Assembly (NCBI RefSeq): GCF_000143415.4
Contig: NW_003314343.1
Coordinates: forward strand, 248,813 to 312,812
Origin: Selaginella moellendorffii
Lineage: Eukaryota > Plantae > Lycopodiophyta
Direction of reading: 5' to 3'
DNA length: 64,000 bases
This document shows, one piece after another, positions 1 to 11,900 of this stretch (positions within the stretch are counted from its first letter, which is position 1; each line of letters begins with the position of its first letter). The notes beneath the pieces are model-generated. The model was not told the origin of the DNA, ran no database searches, and saw only the letters and a list, made by a program, of their open reading frames with translations. Position numbers and translations under genes: made by a program.

Positions 1-1579
1 AAGTAGCTCCGCAACCAGAAAAGAGAAGAAGATCGAAGAAAGCGTGCCCTATTTATCCATCTAATCAGCAGCAAAGTGAAGTGGAAGCAGTCAATTAGGG
101 CAGGACGCGTGGAGCGCACACGGCTTGGTTGTTTGACTGGTTGGATTTTAGGTGGGAAAGAAAGAACAGTCTCTATAGCCTTTGTGTGAATCAGTGATAA
201 TTTTAGTGTAAAGAAATAATTAATTAATGAATTAATTAATATTATAGTTTAGAAAGAACTTTCTCTTGCCAGGCAAATTTTTTTCTTTCATGTGCTCTGA
301 CACTATTGAATTGTCTGATTGTGTTACCAAAAAGGGGGAGGATCATCACCAGCAACATTGTTGTTATTGACAGCTAACTTTTTTGATTTTTGTGTATCCT
401 CTCAATGTGTCCATTCCAATCGCAGCATCTACCTATCTGATGTGAGTGATAGCAATGTCTGTGGCGATCTCTGTCTAGAAGCCCACTCAAGCTCGACTTA
501 TAGAAAAACAGATAGTTGCCATTTGCCAAGCAGCAGCCACAGCAGCGGGATCTTTATCTCCAAGCTGTGAAGCCCACCCAGGCCAAATGAAACATGACAA
601 CAGTGTTGGAGGAGAAACACTAGCTCGCTCAGTCACACAAGGAACAATAGCAACAGTCCAAGCACCATCAAACAAGGCCAAGGTTTGAAGAGATAGAGGA
701 GATCGATCGATCCATCCTGGGCAGGCCAGGAAATCTGCAACAAAGAAACAAAAATCACCAATGCCTATATTGATTGACCACTTCCACCACCACCACCACC
801 ACCAAAATGTACGTGCATGGAACTCGGGGTCTTGCGATCTGGGTAGGGAGAAAAGCTGGCCGACCAATACTTAGGGGGATCTTGTACATAGTTTTTTTTT
901 GACTTTGCAGAGGTATATTTTTTTCTTTGATTCGTTGTGATGGGGGCCCTCACAGGCTCTCTAGCAAAAGGTGGTGATTTTTTCACGCTTTTCCCATCTA
1001 TATCGATTGCAAACCACAAGAAAATGCCCGAATGTGATGTGCAAACCAAGCAAGGCCAAGGAAATATAGATTTCTCCAAGGAAAGCTTTTTCTATACAGT
1101 CCAACTATCCAAGACCATTTCCAAGGTGGTGGGCGACGAGATAAAACAGGCCATCGACGGTCGGGAACACGAGTGAATTTGGAGCAATCCAATCACGACC
1201 GCTTGCGCGTTATGAGAGAAACACACATGGCTCTATTGGGTTGGATGGGCCAGGGGTGGCCCATATTGTCCTGTCTACGTAATCGTCCGTACATCCTACA
1301 TAGAAACAAGAGATCGCAGCGCGAAACTAAAAAAATTCCAAACATCACTTTCTCTCATCCGTTTGTGATCATCCCAAGATGCGCGGTATATGCGATTAGG
1401 GCCGCGTGGTAGCCACGCGGCGGGCATCTGTCCACGTGTGCAGCTCCGCCCAACCAGACGGCGCCACGGCGGACATCCCGGTAAGAAATTTACCGCTCAG
1501 ATTTGGGCATTCTCCCAATGGCTGTGTAAACTTCTGTCTCGAGTCCATTATTTTTGTTTGCGCTCGTTGTGTGGTGGCG

Positions 1580-4500
1580 ATGGAGGAAGCTCCAGCTATG
1601 GCGATCAGGCGATCGGACAAGGCGGTGCCGCTGCCTCCGCAGTCCGGATCGTCCAGGCGGCGGCGCGCTCCTGGCGGCGCTGCTTGGCCTGCATTCCCGG
1701 GAGAAGGAGGATTAGGGATAGGTTGCGGCAAGCGCAGCCCTGCGCCATCGCCAGCAGCGGCGGCGGCGAGTGGTAATATCGCCGATGGCTCGTCTTGTCG
1801 AAGTCCCTTCTCTTCGTCGTCCCGAGTAGCATCTTTTGGATCGGGAGCTGCCATGGCTGGAGCTGGAATCAGGAGGAACAGCAGCGATTTGGCAGGGGAT
1901 AGGGTTAGCAGTGGATGCGGCGGCATCAAATCTCCAGGAATTGGGAAGAAGAATATCTCTTCCTCTTCTTCCTCTTGCTGCGATTCGTGCCGTCCTTGTT
2001 CTTCTTCCTCGCATCAACACGGCACCAAAGGTAGCGGCAGGATAGAATACAGCGATGTCTTTGGAGGGCCGCCAAAGTACCTCGCATCGGCTCCCACTGG
2101 CAGGAATGCGGCCATTCCAGACTATGATGACATCTTCCAGGGAGGATCCAAACGAAGCAGTAGCAGCAGCAGCAGCAGCACGTCCTTCTCTTTCCAGCAG
2201 CAATCCTCCAAGACGAAATCCCGCACCACGGAATTGCCAGTCTTCGATCTGCCCGTTCCGGAGCGTGACACTGGCGAGGTGTTTAAAGGCTCGAGCGAGG
2301 AGCTGCCCAAGGTCCCTGTAGCAGCTGCTTCTCCTCCTCCCGCGGAAGAGATCGTTTACGACGACGTGTTTGGGGGTCCTCTCACAGGTCCAAGGACGAA
2401 ACTCTTGAAGGATTTGCTGCGGTGCTCTGGATTCGCGGAAGCCAAGAGAAAGCCGGGGGTCAAAACCAAGCTTTCTTCTCAATCCGACTCCAGCCCGGTC
2501 TCGTCCATCCACTCGATGTGCCGCGAGCCCCACGGGAACCCAATCTTCGAGTATGAATCAGAGTACGTGCTGTTAGTTTAGCTCTAGTTGTAGGCCAAGT
2601 TGGAAGCTTGTGTTTGTCACTCACTTTTCCTGGTTGAATGCTGCATGATTGGACGTGGAGCATCTCGTGTTTGTTATTTGTTTTTTCGCTTCTATCTAGC
2701 TTTCCGGCATGTTGTGGCTGATTCGCTCTTGGTTTTGTGCAGGGTATATGGAGATGCCAAACACTTTAACAGTCCACACAAAAGCTCGCTGGGGTCCGTT
2801 GATAAGTCCCCTCAGCAGACATTTGTGGGTTTGGAATCCAATCGTAAGCAGCCTGCCGTAACCAGTGTCTCGGCCACGTCCTCTCCTTTCACAGAGCAAT
2901 TTGACGACTCAACAGTGCACTCGTACAGCACGAGGGCCTCCAAAGGTGCGAAAGACCCGGTCGGTGTGCCCAGCTACGAGAAAGTGTACAAGAATGTTTC
3001 GAAAGTGCCCGCTGCCGGAGATGCTGTGCCCAAGATGAAAACTTTCGGACGTGAAGTCGACTTGGAAGTTGCCAGCTCCAGTAGCAGTGAGTCTTCCGAG
3101 CAGGAGTACCTCAGAAAGGCTTCCACTGCGACGAGGCACACGTATAAAACTAATCGAAAACACCGCAGCAGCAAGACATCATCGCACAGGAGATCTTCTA
3201 GAACGCGGCGAGAGGCCAGCCATGTTCCAGGACAGACGTCAGCTTCGAATGGTCAGAAGAGTTTTGGAAGCGCGCAAGCAACGAGCAGTCCTTTCTGCGA
3301 TTCTTCCGCGGCCGAGCAAGACTTCGATTATGAGGTTGAGCTGTCAACGGACCCTTCGATCAAGTGCTTTCCGAGGAAAGCAGCCGACAGCTTCACTTAT
3401 GATGACGGATTCAGCAAAAAAGAGAAACAGGTGAATTTCGTTACAGTCAATCACGTACAGTTGACGACAGAGCCGACTGTTCTACCACCGGCGAGACCCG
3501 CGCCATCTAAGAACGTCGACTTCCTCAGCGAGAAGGATATGTCTGACTTCTTGGAAACCGATGCGTTTATGGAGTATTCTATCAAGGACCTGGATGGGCT
3601 GGTCGCTGAGGAGTATGTAGTTTCTCAGGGATCAGTATCTGAGTCAAGCCCGTCCGTTTCAAACTCGATCAAGACATCTCCGTCGGGGCGGTCTTACGAA
3701 GATGAAGACTCCGATCATTGTTACGCCAAAGATGCTGTTAGTCCGGATCCGGACCCCGAGCCCAAACCGGAGAGAGGGGGATGTGCAGCGGAGCAAAAAG
3801 CTGAAGTTCAGAAAATAGCAAAAGATAGTGGCGACCATGAACAGATGGCTGTGGAACAGTCATCTGGTGGAAGTGAGGAGAAGAAACTGGGAACTGGCGC
3901 TTTGAATGTCGGAAGCAGCAAGTCGAGCCTGGAGGTTCATCTTTTTGTTTCGTATGTCTCGTATATCTTGTTTCTTATTTGTGACTGGACCAGGAAACAT
4001 CAAGCTCCTCATTGAGTGCCGAAGAACAACCAAAGTGTGTATCGTCAGGATCATCACCAGCAAATGTATCGGACGACTTGTCATCTCTTTGTGGTAACTC
4101 GTTTTGTTGTCCTCGCCTCATTCGTGGTACTAATTCCCGGCGTAGGGACAGAGTTCGAGGTGATTGACGGAGAACATCCCGAACGCAGGAAGTCTAGATT
4201 GGAACGTCATCAGCGGGCTGTAGAAAGAGTGGTAAGGATGGTGTTGACAAGATACTTTCTTCAATGTTCTTTCTTCAAGTGCAGGCCAAGGCATTGGCTG
4301 AGAAAAACAACAGAGATCTGGAGCTTGAGAGGGTTCAAGAAGAGAAACAGGTACTTCTGTTGTCTTGCATTCACTTGTTGGTTGCTTATTTCACGTTTGT
4401 TGCAGAGAGTTGCAGAGCTTCTGAACGACGTCATTAAAAGATGGGCCGCTGGCAAACAAGGCAACCTCAGAGCACTTCTTTCAACCCTCCAATACGTAAG

Positions 4501-4818
4501 CGCTTTGTTTTCCGAATGCAAAACTCTGTAGCGCTTTGGCATGCTGCAGATTTTGTGGCCCGAGTGTGGATGGCAACCAATATCATTGATCGACATTATA
4601 GAACCGGCATCTGTAAGGAAGGCGTACAAGAAGGCTACCTTGTATGTCCACCCGGACAAGCTTCAGCAAAAGAATGCCTCGACGGAGCACAAGTACATCG
4701 CAGAGAAAGTATTCGATCTCTTACAGGTTCGGTTTGAAGATTTGCCTGGCTTACTTACGAATGCTATTATGTTTCTCAGGAGGCTTGGACAACTTTCAAC
4801 CTGGAACAGGCGTTCTAG
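1580..4818 (+). CDS. Auxilin-like / J-domain protein (multi-exon)
   Basis: ATG at 1580 in ORF 1406..2581. N-terminal 'YSDVFGGPP...DYDDIF...LPVFDLP' motifs. C-terminal exons give '[21 protein letters not shown]|[40 protein letters not shown]...EKVFDLLQ|EAWTTF', an auxilin-type DnaJ domain with HPD. Stop TAG at 4816-4818. Internal exon boundaries are partly approximate. Confidence 0.88.
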
Positions 4819-5506
4819 CTCGCTCGCGTGTGATCCTTCCTGATTTAGAGCCCGAGGAGCCGGGGTCATGGTTCTTATAACATGTTAGAATGTTTTTTTG
4901 GGAGAATTGTAAGATATGGAGGTGCCAAAACATCAAACGAGACGATAGTGGCACCGGTAAAGCGTGTACAATGCATATGAGCAATAAAAAGAGTATCCAG
5001 TGAAACGTCAATCCAGGCCGTCCGATCCAGCCCTAGTAGTTAAAGAAAAATAAAGGGACCTTTTGTTCCAGTTGCTTATTTATTTTAAACCATGAAATAT
5101 TATGATAAATTTACTTGGTGTTTAAGAAAGTTTATATATAGAACACGAGCTGGAGAGCCTTCAACAATGAAACGAAGATTCTGGTTGGAAAGCTCTTCTA
5201 CAACAGAAACACCATAGCGATGTTCCAGTATCCACAAATTCACAGACGTCGCTCGCTAATTGTTTCGCAAGATGTCTTTGCCATCTCTGTCATTGCAAAG
5301 ATCCTATGTACGGTGATAGAGTGCGCTCCCGGCCGTCTAGGCTCACGCAAAAGCTCGGCAGGAGGAGTTGGAGGCGGATTGTACAGCCTTCCTTGACGCT
5401 GCGCGCAAGAACTTAGACCTTGATCGTGGTTTCTTTTTTCACAGAATGAAGGCATTGAAAGTTCTTTTCATTTTAGCAGCACTTTTATTCTTTGTTCCTG
5501 GCTGAC

Positions 5507-6052
5507 TTACTCGGTGTAATCCTTGTTAGACAGCAGGTAGGCCTCGACGCCTCGCATGATTTTCTCGGCGTTCCCTTTCATCCTGTCCAGGGGAGGATCC
5601 TCCACGAGGCTGTCATACGCGATGCTCCAGGTGACTTTGGTTCCGGAGTCCTCCACGGGCTTCAAGCTGATGGTGGCTGTCTGGCTGCTGAACAGGCTAC
5701 CGATTGGACCGCCCTCGATCGTAGACAGAACTACCGAGTGATTGCTCTCGTCCAGCGACTCGAGCTTCTCTTTGGCGTACTCGTGAGGTATGGCTGCAAC
5801 ATACACGAGGAAGAAGAACTTGTTAGCGGACAGACTTCGATTTCAAAACTATCGGATCAGAGCAACTGTACCAGGCCCAAAGTGGACTAGACGAACGGAG
5901 CCGACTTTACCATCCCCTTCGACGGTTTGCACGCTCGTGAACGCGTCGGGTAAGGCCTTTGGAAACATGTTGTTACTGTCCTTGATTGCTTTCCAGACTC
6001 TCTCTAGGGGGACCTTGATCTGCAGCTCCGTTGCAACTGATCCAGCCACCAT
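5507..6052 (-). CDS. Bet v1/PR-10/MLP-like protein, 2 exons (6052-5872, 5793-5507)
   Basis: 'VWKAIKDSNNMFPKALPDAFTSVQTVEGDGKVGSVRLVHFGP' contains the glycine-rich EGDGxVGS loop. A phase-1 GT-AG intron joins it in frame to 'AIPHEYAKEKLESLD...VEAYLLSN'. Confidence 0.92.
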
Positions 6053-6321
6053 TGCTATCGATCAGATCAGAGAGAAAAGGAAAGTAAAGCAGCAGGAGCT
6101 AGATCAAAGGAAGTAAGTTCCAAGTACTTTTCTCTGCTTGGGCATGCATATATAGCTCACATTTCGTTGGAAAACGAGAGGTTTCTTGTCTCGAGAGGGG
6201 GGCTCCTTCATTGCTAGACTATAGTAAGAAGCATTCATCTTAGCTTTAGCATAATTTCCATTACGTTTGTTTCATCTCATTGCAGGATAATCTTTTTATC
6301 TTTCTCTTGCTATGTGCAGCC

Positions 6322-7967
6322 ATGCCCTTGCTCCAGTTCCCACTCGTAGCCCGTGTTTCTGCACCATCTTTTAAGCTGCTAGATATGGAATTTGAGGATG
6401 CCAAAGTGAAGAATGCGGTGATTGTCGGTGGTGGACTGGGAGGTCTAGCAGCAGCTATTCAGCTAAGGAAGCGCGGAATCGATGCCCAGGTTTGCTCCTC
6501 GCTTTTAAAACTTTTTTTCCTCAAATCTTTCACAGGTTTATGAGAAAAATCCTATCATATCTGGAGGAGAAGGCACACTTATTTCATTGTTTCCCAATGG
6601 ATGCCGGGCACTCCTCGAAGGAAGTCCCGAGCTGGTAACAAAGGTCAGACATTGTCCTCGCTTTCATTCTTTTTTTCTTTCTTTTATCAAGCATGAACAA
6701 ACAGATGAGACGTGAAGGTATCACAGACTCTAAATCGAGCATTGTTCCTCCGGACGCTAGTTTTCAGCTCGGAGAATGGTCATTGAGCTCTCAAATGGAG
6801 CAAAAGTATGGTCATCCAATGATAGCAATCATGTGGAAGCATGCTTTGAGAATACTCTCGGAAGAACTTCCGGACGCTTGCAAGCACACAGGCTATCAGT
6901 GCGTTGGTGTCAGCCAGGTAGAGTCTGAATCTTCCTGATAGCTTTCTTGATCAGCATGGTCTTACAGGAAGAAGATGGCTCAGTTGCGCATTTTACCAAG
7001 GGAGAGGAGCACTACAGCGTGAAGGTCTAAAAGCATCTTCAAGGCAGCACTGAAGTTGTTTTTCTCTTCAGGCTCCGCTGATCATTGGCGCAGATGGAAT
7101 TCGATCCACTGTGCGTTCTTCGCTGTTTGGTCCCATAGCTCCCCGTGATAACGGACGAACAATGTGGCGAGCTGTAATCGACTCTAGTCTTTGCCAGAAC
7201 AAGGTATCCATCATCTTTCTTCGAGAATTATAATTTTTTCTTTTTTTTGGACGTGTAATCTAAAGGTGCTCAACAGTACTGGAGCTACAACCTCGGCTGC
7301 TAATGGACGCACGGTGTTTATCGTGAACGGAGTTCATGGAAAGCTCTACTGGGCCTTGAGTGTAACAGATGAAGCTACAAACGGTGACACTGCAAGGAGA
7401 TCTACAAACGCGCTGGAGATGAAAGAAAGACTCCTGGAGTATTATAAAGGATGGAGCCTCGCCACTCAGATTGTTGAGGTGGGACACTTCCAACTTTCTG
7501 AAATATGTTACTAAAACTTTCTTCTTCCCTGTGTTATTCAGGCTACAGAACCAGGTCTCATTCTGGAACGCAGAGTTGTGGACCTGCCGGTGCTTGAAAA
7601 ATGGTCTAAAGGTTCCACCGTCCTGCTCGGGGGTATGTTTTCTTTTGGAAGAAAAGAAGTCTGGATTCATGTTACCTTCTTTTAATTGAAACAGATGCTG
7701 TTCACGCTGTGACACCGGCACTTGGCCAGGGAGCAAACATGGCATTTGAGGACGGACTTGAGCTCGCAATGCAAGTCTCAAGTTGCTCCAATCTACAGTT
7801 AAGTTGGCAAGAACTCTTCTGTCATTATGACTCCTTTTATATCTTCTTCTAGGAGCGCTCTAGAGGCGTATCAGGCACGAAGAATTCCTCGTGCAAAGGA
7901 GATATCTGCAGCCTCACAGCGGCAACTACAGTCTCAGGAATTCTACGATTGGCTCTACAGTCAATAG
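6322..7967 (+). CDS. FAD-dependent monooxygenase (UbiH/zeaxanthin-epoxidase-like fold), multi-exon
   Basis: Dinucleotide motif 'VIVGGGLGGLAAA', DG motif 'IIGADGIRSTVR', GD motif 'LLGDAVHAVTPALGQGANMAFEDG'. Last exon ends ...FYDWLYSQ* at 7967. Start may be 6322 or 6385. Confidence 0.88.
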
Positions 7968-8074
7968 GATAGGAAAATCTCTTTAAGAAAAGTTCGCTAT
8001 TTTTAACGAAAGAGGAAACTATTTAAGCTTCTAAGAACGTGACTACTGCTGCTTAAATTTGGAATTTGGGGGGG

Positions 8075-8266
8075 TTGGGTTGTGCCAGGCTAAGGCGGTA
8101 GTGTAAGGCCAAAGCGACACGTGGAGAGCCGGGTAGCAAGCTACCGATGGCCCTCCTCCCACAAAAAATTAGTTAATAGCGTTGGGGCACGTGGCCCCAT
8201 ATCAGCTATTAAACTGATAAGAACAGATACTACACTTGATCTTAGCCAAAAGGCCGAGAAAGGTAT
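8075..8266 (-). ncRNA. U2: U2 spliceosomal snRNA
   Basis: Reverse complement begins ATACCTTTCTCGGCCTTTTGGCTAAGATCAAGTGTAGTATCTGTTCTTATCAGTTTAATAGCTGATAT, the canonical plant U2 5' end with branch-point-pairing GTAGTA. An Sm-site-like AATTTTTTG follows. The 3' end is approximate. Confidence 0.96.
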
Positions 8267-8290
8267 GAACTTCCCACGCCCAGCCCTCTC

Positions 8291-8343
8291 TTTATATACT
8301 CAAGCTCTGGCGCGATCCCTCGCCTTTGCATGTGGGATAGGGC
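8291..8343 (-). promoter_or_regulatory. snRNA promoter of U2: USE (TCCCACATGC) plus TATA box
   Basis: Minus-strand GCCCTATCCCACATGC at 8343-8328 resembles the plant USE RTCCCACATCG. TATATAAA lies at 8298-8291, about 25-32 nt upstream of +1. Confidence 0.85.
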
Positions 8344-8446
8344 GCGCGCCGACGTGGCTCTGGCCACGTCATGTGCCGACGTGTGTGTTTAGGGTTGTTA
8401 ATAATACCCTAAACCCTAACCGACTGAGGGGCAATGGTCGTAGTTA

Positions 8447-8484
8447 TGTGTTTTTGGTAAACAGTCGCCTGGGCCTGGTCACTG
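8447..8484 (-). other. 38-nt fragment resembling plastid 23S rRNA (micro-NUPT)
   Basis: Plus strand TGTGTTTTTGGTAAACAGTCGCCTGGGCCTGGTCACTG matches, from memory, the antisense of chloroplast 23S rRNA with about 1 mismatch. Confidence 0.6.
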
Positions 8485-8997
8485 TAGGACTAATGGAGCT
8501 GCTCCGCGCCCGTTTACAAAAATGCTGCGCCTTGATCGATAACTTCTGCGAGGTCTTGAGAAGGACAAGACAATGTTCTTGGAACGACAAAAATTCTGGG
8601 GAGTTTCTTGCTTATCATTTGAACTTTTGATATGTTTGGTACAAGCATAAAGGAGAATGCAGCTAAGGCTTTGAGACTCAGGTGGAGTATAATGGCCTCT
8701 CCAAAGATCTGCAACAGGTGCAATGTCTCATCCAAAAACTTCAGCGAGAGTCACAGAAACGTCCTTTGTGGTTTGGTGTCCGGCTCTACTCGGTGTTCAT
8801 CTAGAGTCTGCTCTTGGACGCCTTCTGCCGCTTACTGTCTTTGAATCCGGAGGCTCAAAACCACGCTGCTGGAAGCTGGTGTGTCCACTGCTCCGGTGGC
8901 TTCTTATGCACGCGCTGGTGTGAACGCTCTTAAATCTCCTGTCGCAAGGAAAGCAGGCTAAACCTTTAGGAGCCGGGACAAAACTAGCTTCCCTTTT

Positions 8998-11900
8998 TCA
9001 GTAGTCGCTGAGGAAATTGTCCGACTCGGATGCTCTTCTGGCGTGGATGAGCTGCCTCTGCTGCCTCTGCTGTTGCGAGCTCCTGCTGTGCTGCGGCGTC
9101 GTCTTGATGCCACCGCCACCCGCAAAGTCGGCGTCAAAGTGCTCGGCACTGCTTCTCAATGCCGGCACGCGCACCGCCAGCGTTTTGTACAGCCTCGAGT
9201 ACCTTGCCCGGGTCCCGTCGGCGGTCCTCGCCATGGCAAGCTGCCTAAACGCCTCCGGTAGAGGCTGCAGTGCCTGCTTTATCTCCTCCAGCGACAGCCC
9301 CGACAGGATGGACGGGCTCGGCACGATGGCCACCACCTCCCGCCCCGCCGCCTCGCTGCTCTCGCTGCTCTTGTTGCTTGCCTGGGCCTTGATCACCAGC
9401 TGCATCAGCGACGTTGCTCCACACTTGATGATGAATGGTGTGTCTGTCCCGTTGTTGAACTGGAGGACGCTCCATTGCACGACTTCGCTGGCGGGATTCA
9501 TGCTGGCGTCGTTTCCCCAGTCGCCTGATGAGGATGACAGCTCGCCGCTCTTGCCGTCGTCGGAAGAAGCCGTCCTCCTGCGTGTTGCTCCGTCACTTGC
9601 CGCCGCCGCTGCCTTTAGAACGCACAAGTGCTCAGCTCACGAATTGGAAACGTGACACAAGTACTAATGATATACCTCGGTTGCCCGGCGGGCGGCTTTG
9701 ATGAACTTGTGAGCACAGGCGTGGTCAATCGACAACAGTGCAGACGTCTGGCTGACTAGCGAGTCGAGCCTTGACAACATGAACTTCTTCTTGGACGTAA
9801 ATGTGGCTTTCAGTGGTGCTTCTTTACGTATCTCCTGATAGGCAAACAAAAGGTTGGCCATGAGGAAAAACAAACAAAACATACCTCGGCTTGATTACAG
9901 ATGTCTTCGAGCGAGATAAGCGATGCAATACGGGCTTCCTCGCTAGCGGAGGAAGGGCAACGCAATGGAGATCCACCTTCTTCTTTAGTCAGGAGAGCGG
10001 GATCGTTCCTCATTTGTTGCAATATCTGTGTCGGGCACAAGACAACAGTAAACTACAGAATAATAAGATGATATCTCCACTCTACCTTTCTTCGCCTGTG
10101 ATCAATGGATTCAAGAGCCGACCGGACTTTGGTCACTTGTGCAAGATCCTCTGCCTCTTCTGTAGCCAGAGTGGCTGCCACATCCTGATCAAGTAAAAAG
10201 AAATACACACTTCTTCATCGACGAAAACATATCTCCAACTTTACCTTCAAGTGTTGTAGCTGAGACATGTATACATGCTTGGTGTACTCGGAGAACAACT
10301 GGCCCAGAGCATCGGTTGTAGGACGTGTAGGAATACCAAGTCCGGCCATCCAACCGTCCATGATAGCTGTGGAAAGGAGCTCCAGTTGGCCAAGGGCACC
10401 GCTCGCATTGTCTGCTCCCGTTAATGACAGAAACTCAAAGTTTTCTGCAAGCCACCCACGTATTTCCCTCTGAAGCTCTCCAGCAGGCGTGTGAACGAAC
10501 AAGGCTGCCAGTTTCTTGTTCCCGATTGCGTAGTTCCGCGCTTCTTCGTTCATCTCGCGAAGCTTTGCTCCCGTTAGATGTTGCTTCCAAGTTTCCTGAG
10601 TAATATAACTACCAATGAGAAGATTCACTTGTGGTCTTTCATGAGCTTACCTGGTTGATGCCTCTGAGCTTGAGCACGATTGAGGATAGTTTGGATGCTT
10701 TCTCCCGTTTCAGGTTAATCTTGAAGGATGGTATGCTCTCACCATCTATCAAGTCTTTCCTTGAGCTGGAATGCAGATGGCTGGAAACTGGAGAACGACT
10801 CGGACTGCTCCCATTGCTGGATGTTCTACTGCTCTTTGATCCGACCTTTTCAAAGAATCTGTCCACGGAAGGCACCTAAAAAGAAATGTTTTTGAGTTAG
10901 CTCGTTTCTTTTTGTTACGTACCTTAATCTCTTGCAGCTCCGGTGCTCTCGCTAGAAGAGAACGCACGTACAATATTCGGACCCGGGAAACCAGCATTGT
11001 ATCCATGACCTTTCTCGGCTCTAGCTTGCGGATGAATGCGAATACAGCTCCCCGAATCTCTTCCAGCATCTCATGTTCCCTTGTGGCACCGGCTTTGATC
11101 ACAGCCGCTAGAACCTGGAAAGATCGAAACCGGGACATAAAGAATATAAGTATTCAGGAAGAAGGACAACGTACCAGCATAAGCAGTTTATTTGCGGCAT
11201 CCGATATAGCAGCTAAGCCCTGGTAGTGATCAGGATCGAAGTCCGACAAAGCAGAAGTTAAATATTCCCCGGCTGGAGTGGACTTAAAATTTGTCTTTTG
11301 CAAAGCATTTGTCATTTCTGGAGTGCTCTTGTTTGTGTTAGTGTTATTGTTCAAGTTAGTGCTTGGGACTTGGTTGTAAGGTGAACGTTTGGCAGAATCC
11401 CTGAGAAAAGAGTGCTTAAAGACACATGCAAGCATTTTTGGATTCCATACGTACTTGATTGAGTCACCTAAGGTGAGATTGTCAATTGCTGGAGGATCCG
11501 GTTGACGATTCTTGAGGGGAAAAAAAGAAGATCAAAACTAGGAAAACATGAAATTTATGCGTACCTTTGGAGAAAAGATACCTCTGTCAGTGAGCCGCTG
11601 AAAGAGCTTCTCGTTTTCCTCGTGCAAACGCTGAAAATAAATGAAACAAGCTTGACAAAGAAAAGAACATTCAAGACGACTACCTCAATCAGATCGTCTC
11701 GCTTCGCGAGTTCTTCTTCCCTCGCCGCAGGCGACGTGCCGTTTAAATCCGATGTCGTTCGAATGACCTTTTCTATCTTTTGAGATTCTCTAGCTCTCAT
11801 CTCTGATAACTGCAGAGTAAGTTCTTGCAGTTTGTCCTGTTCACGGACAAAAGAAAACAAGCTCAAACAAACAGTCTGAAGGAGATCTCAACTTACTTCA

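Noticed and set aside
487-1079. Poly-Trp / poly-Gly ORFs and possible miRNA precursor
   Set aside because: Caused by a (CCA)n microsatellite. I could not recognise a domain, a known miRNA or a convincing long hairpin.
8407-8419. Interstitial telomere repeat
   Set aside because: Fewer than two units. It is an ordinary telo-box-type promoter motif, also seen near other genes.
8121-8630. 169-aa ORF containing 'ISAIKLIRTDTTLDLSQKAEKGM'
   Set aside because: It is the antisense reading of the U2 snRNA and its promoter, not a protein.
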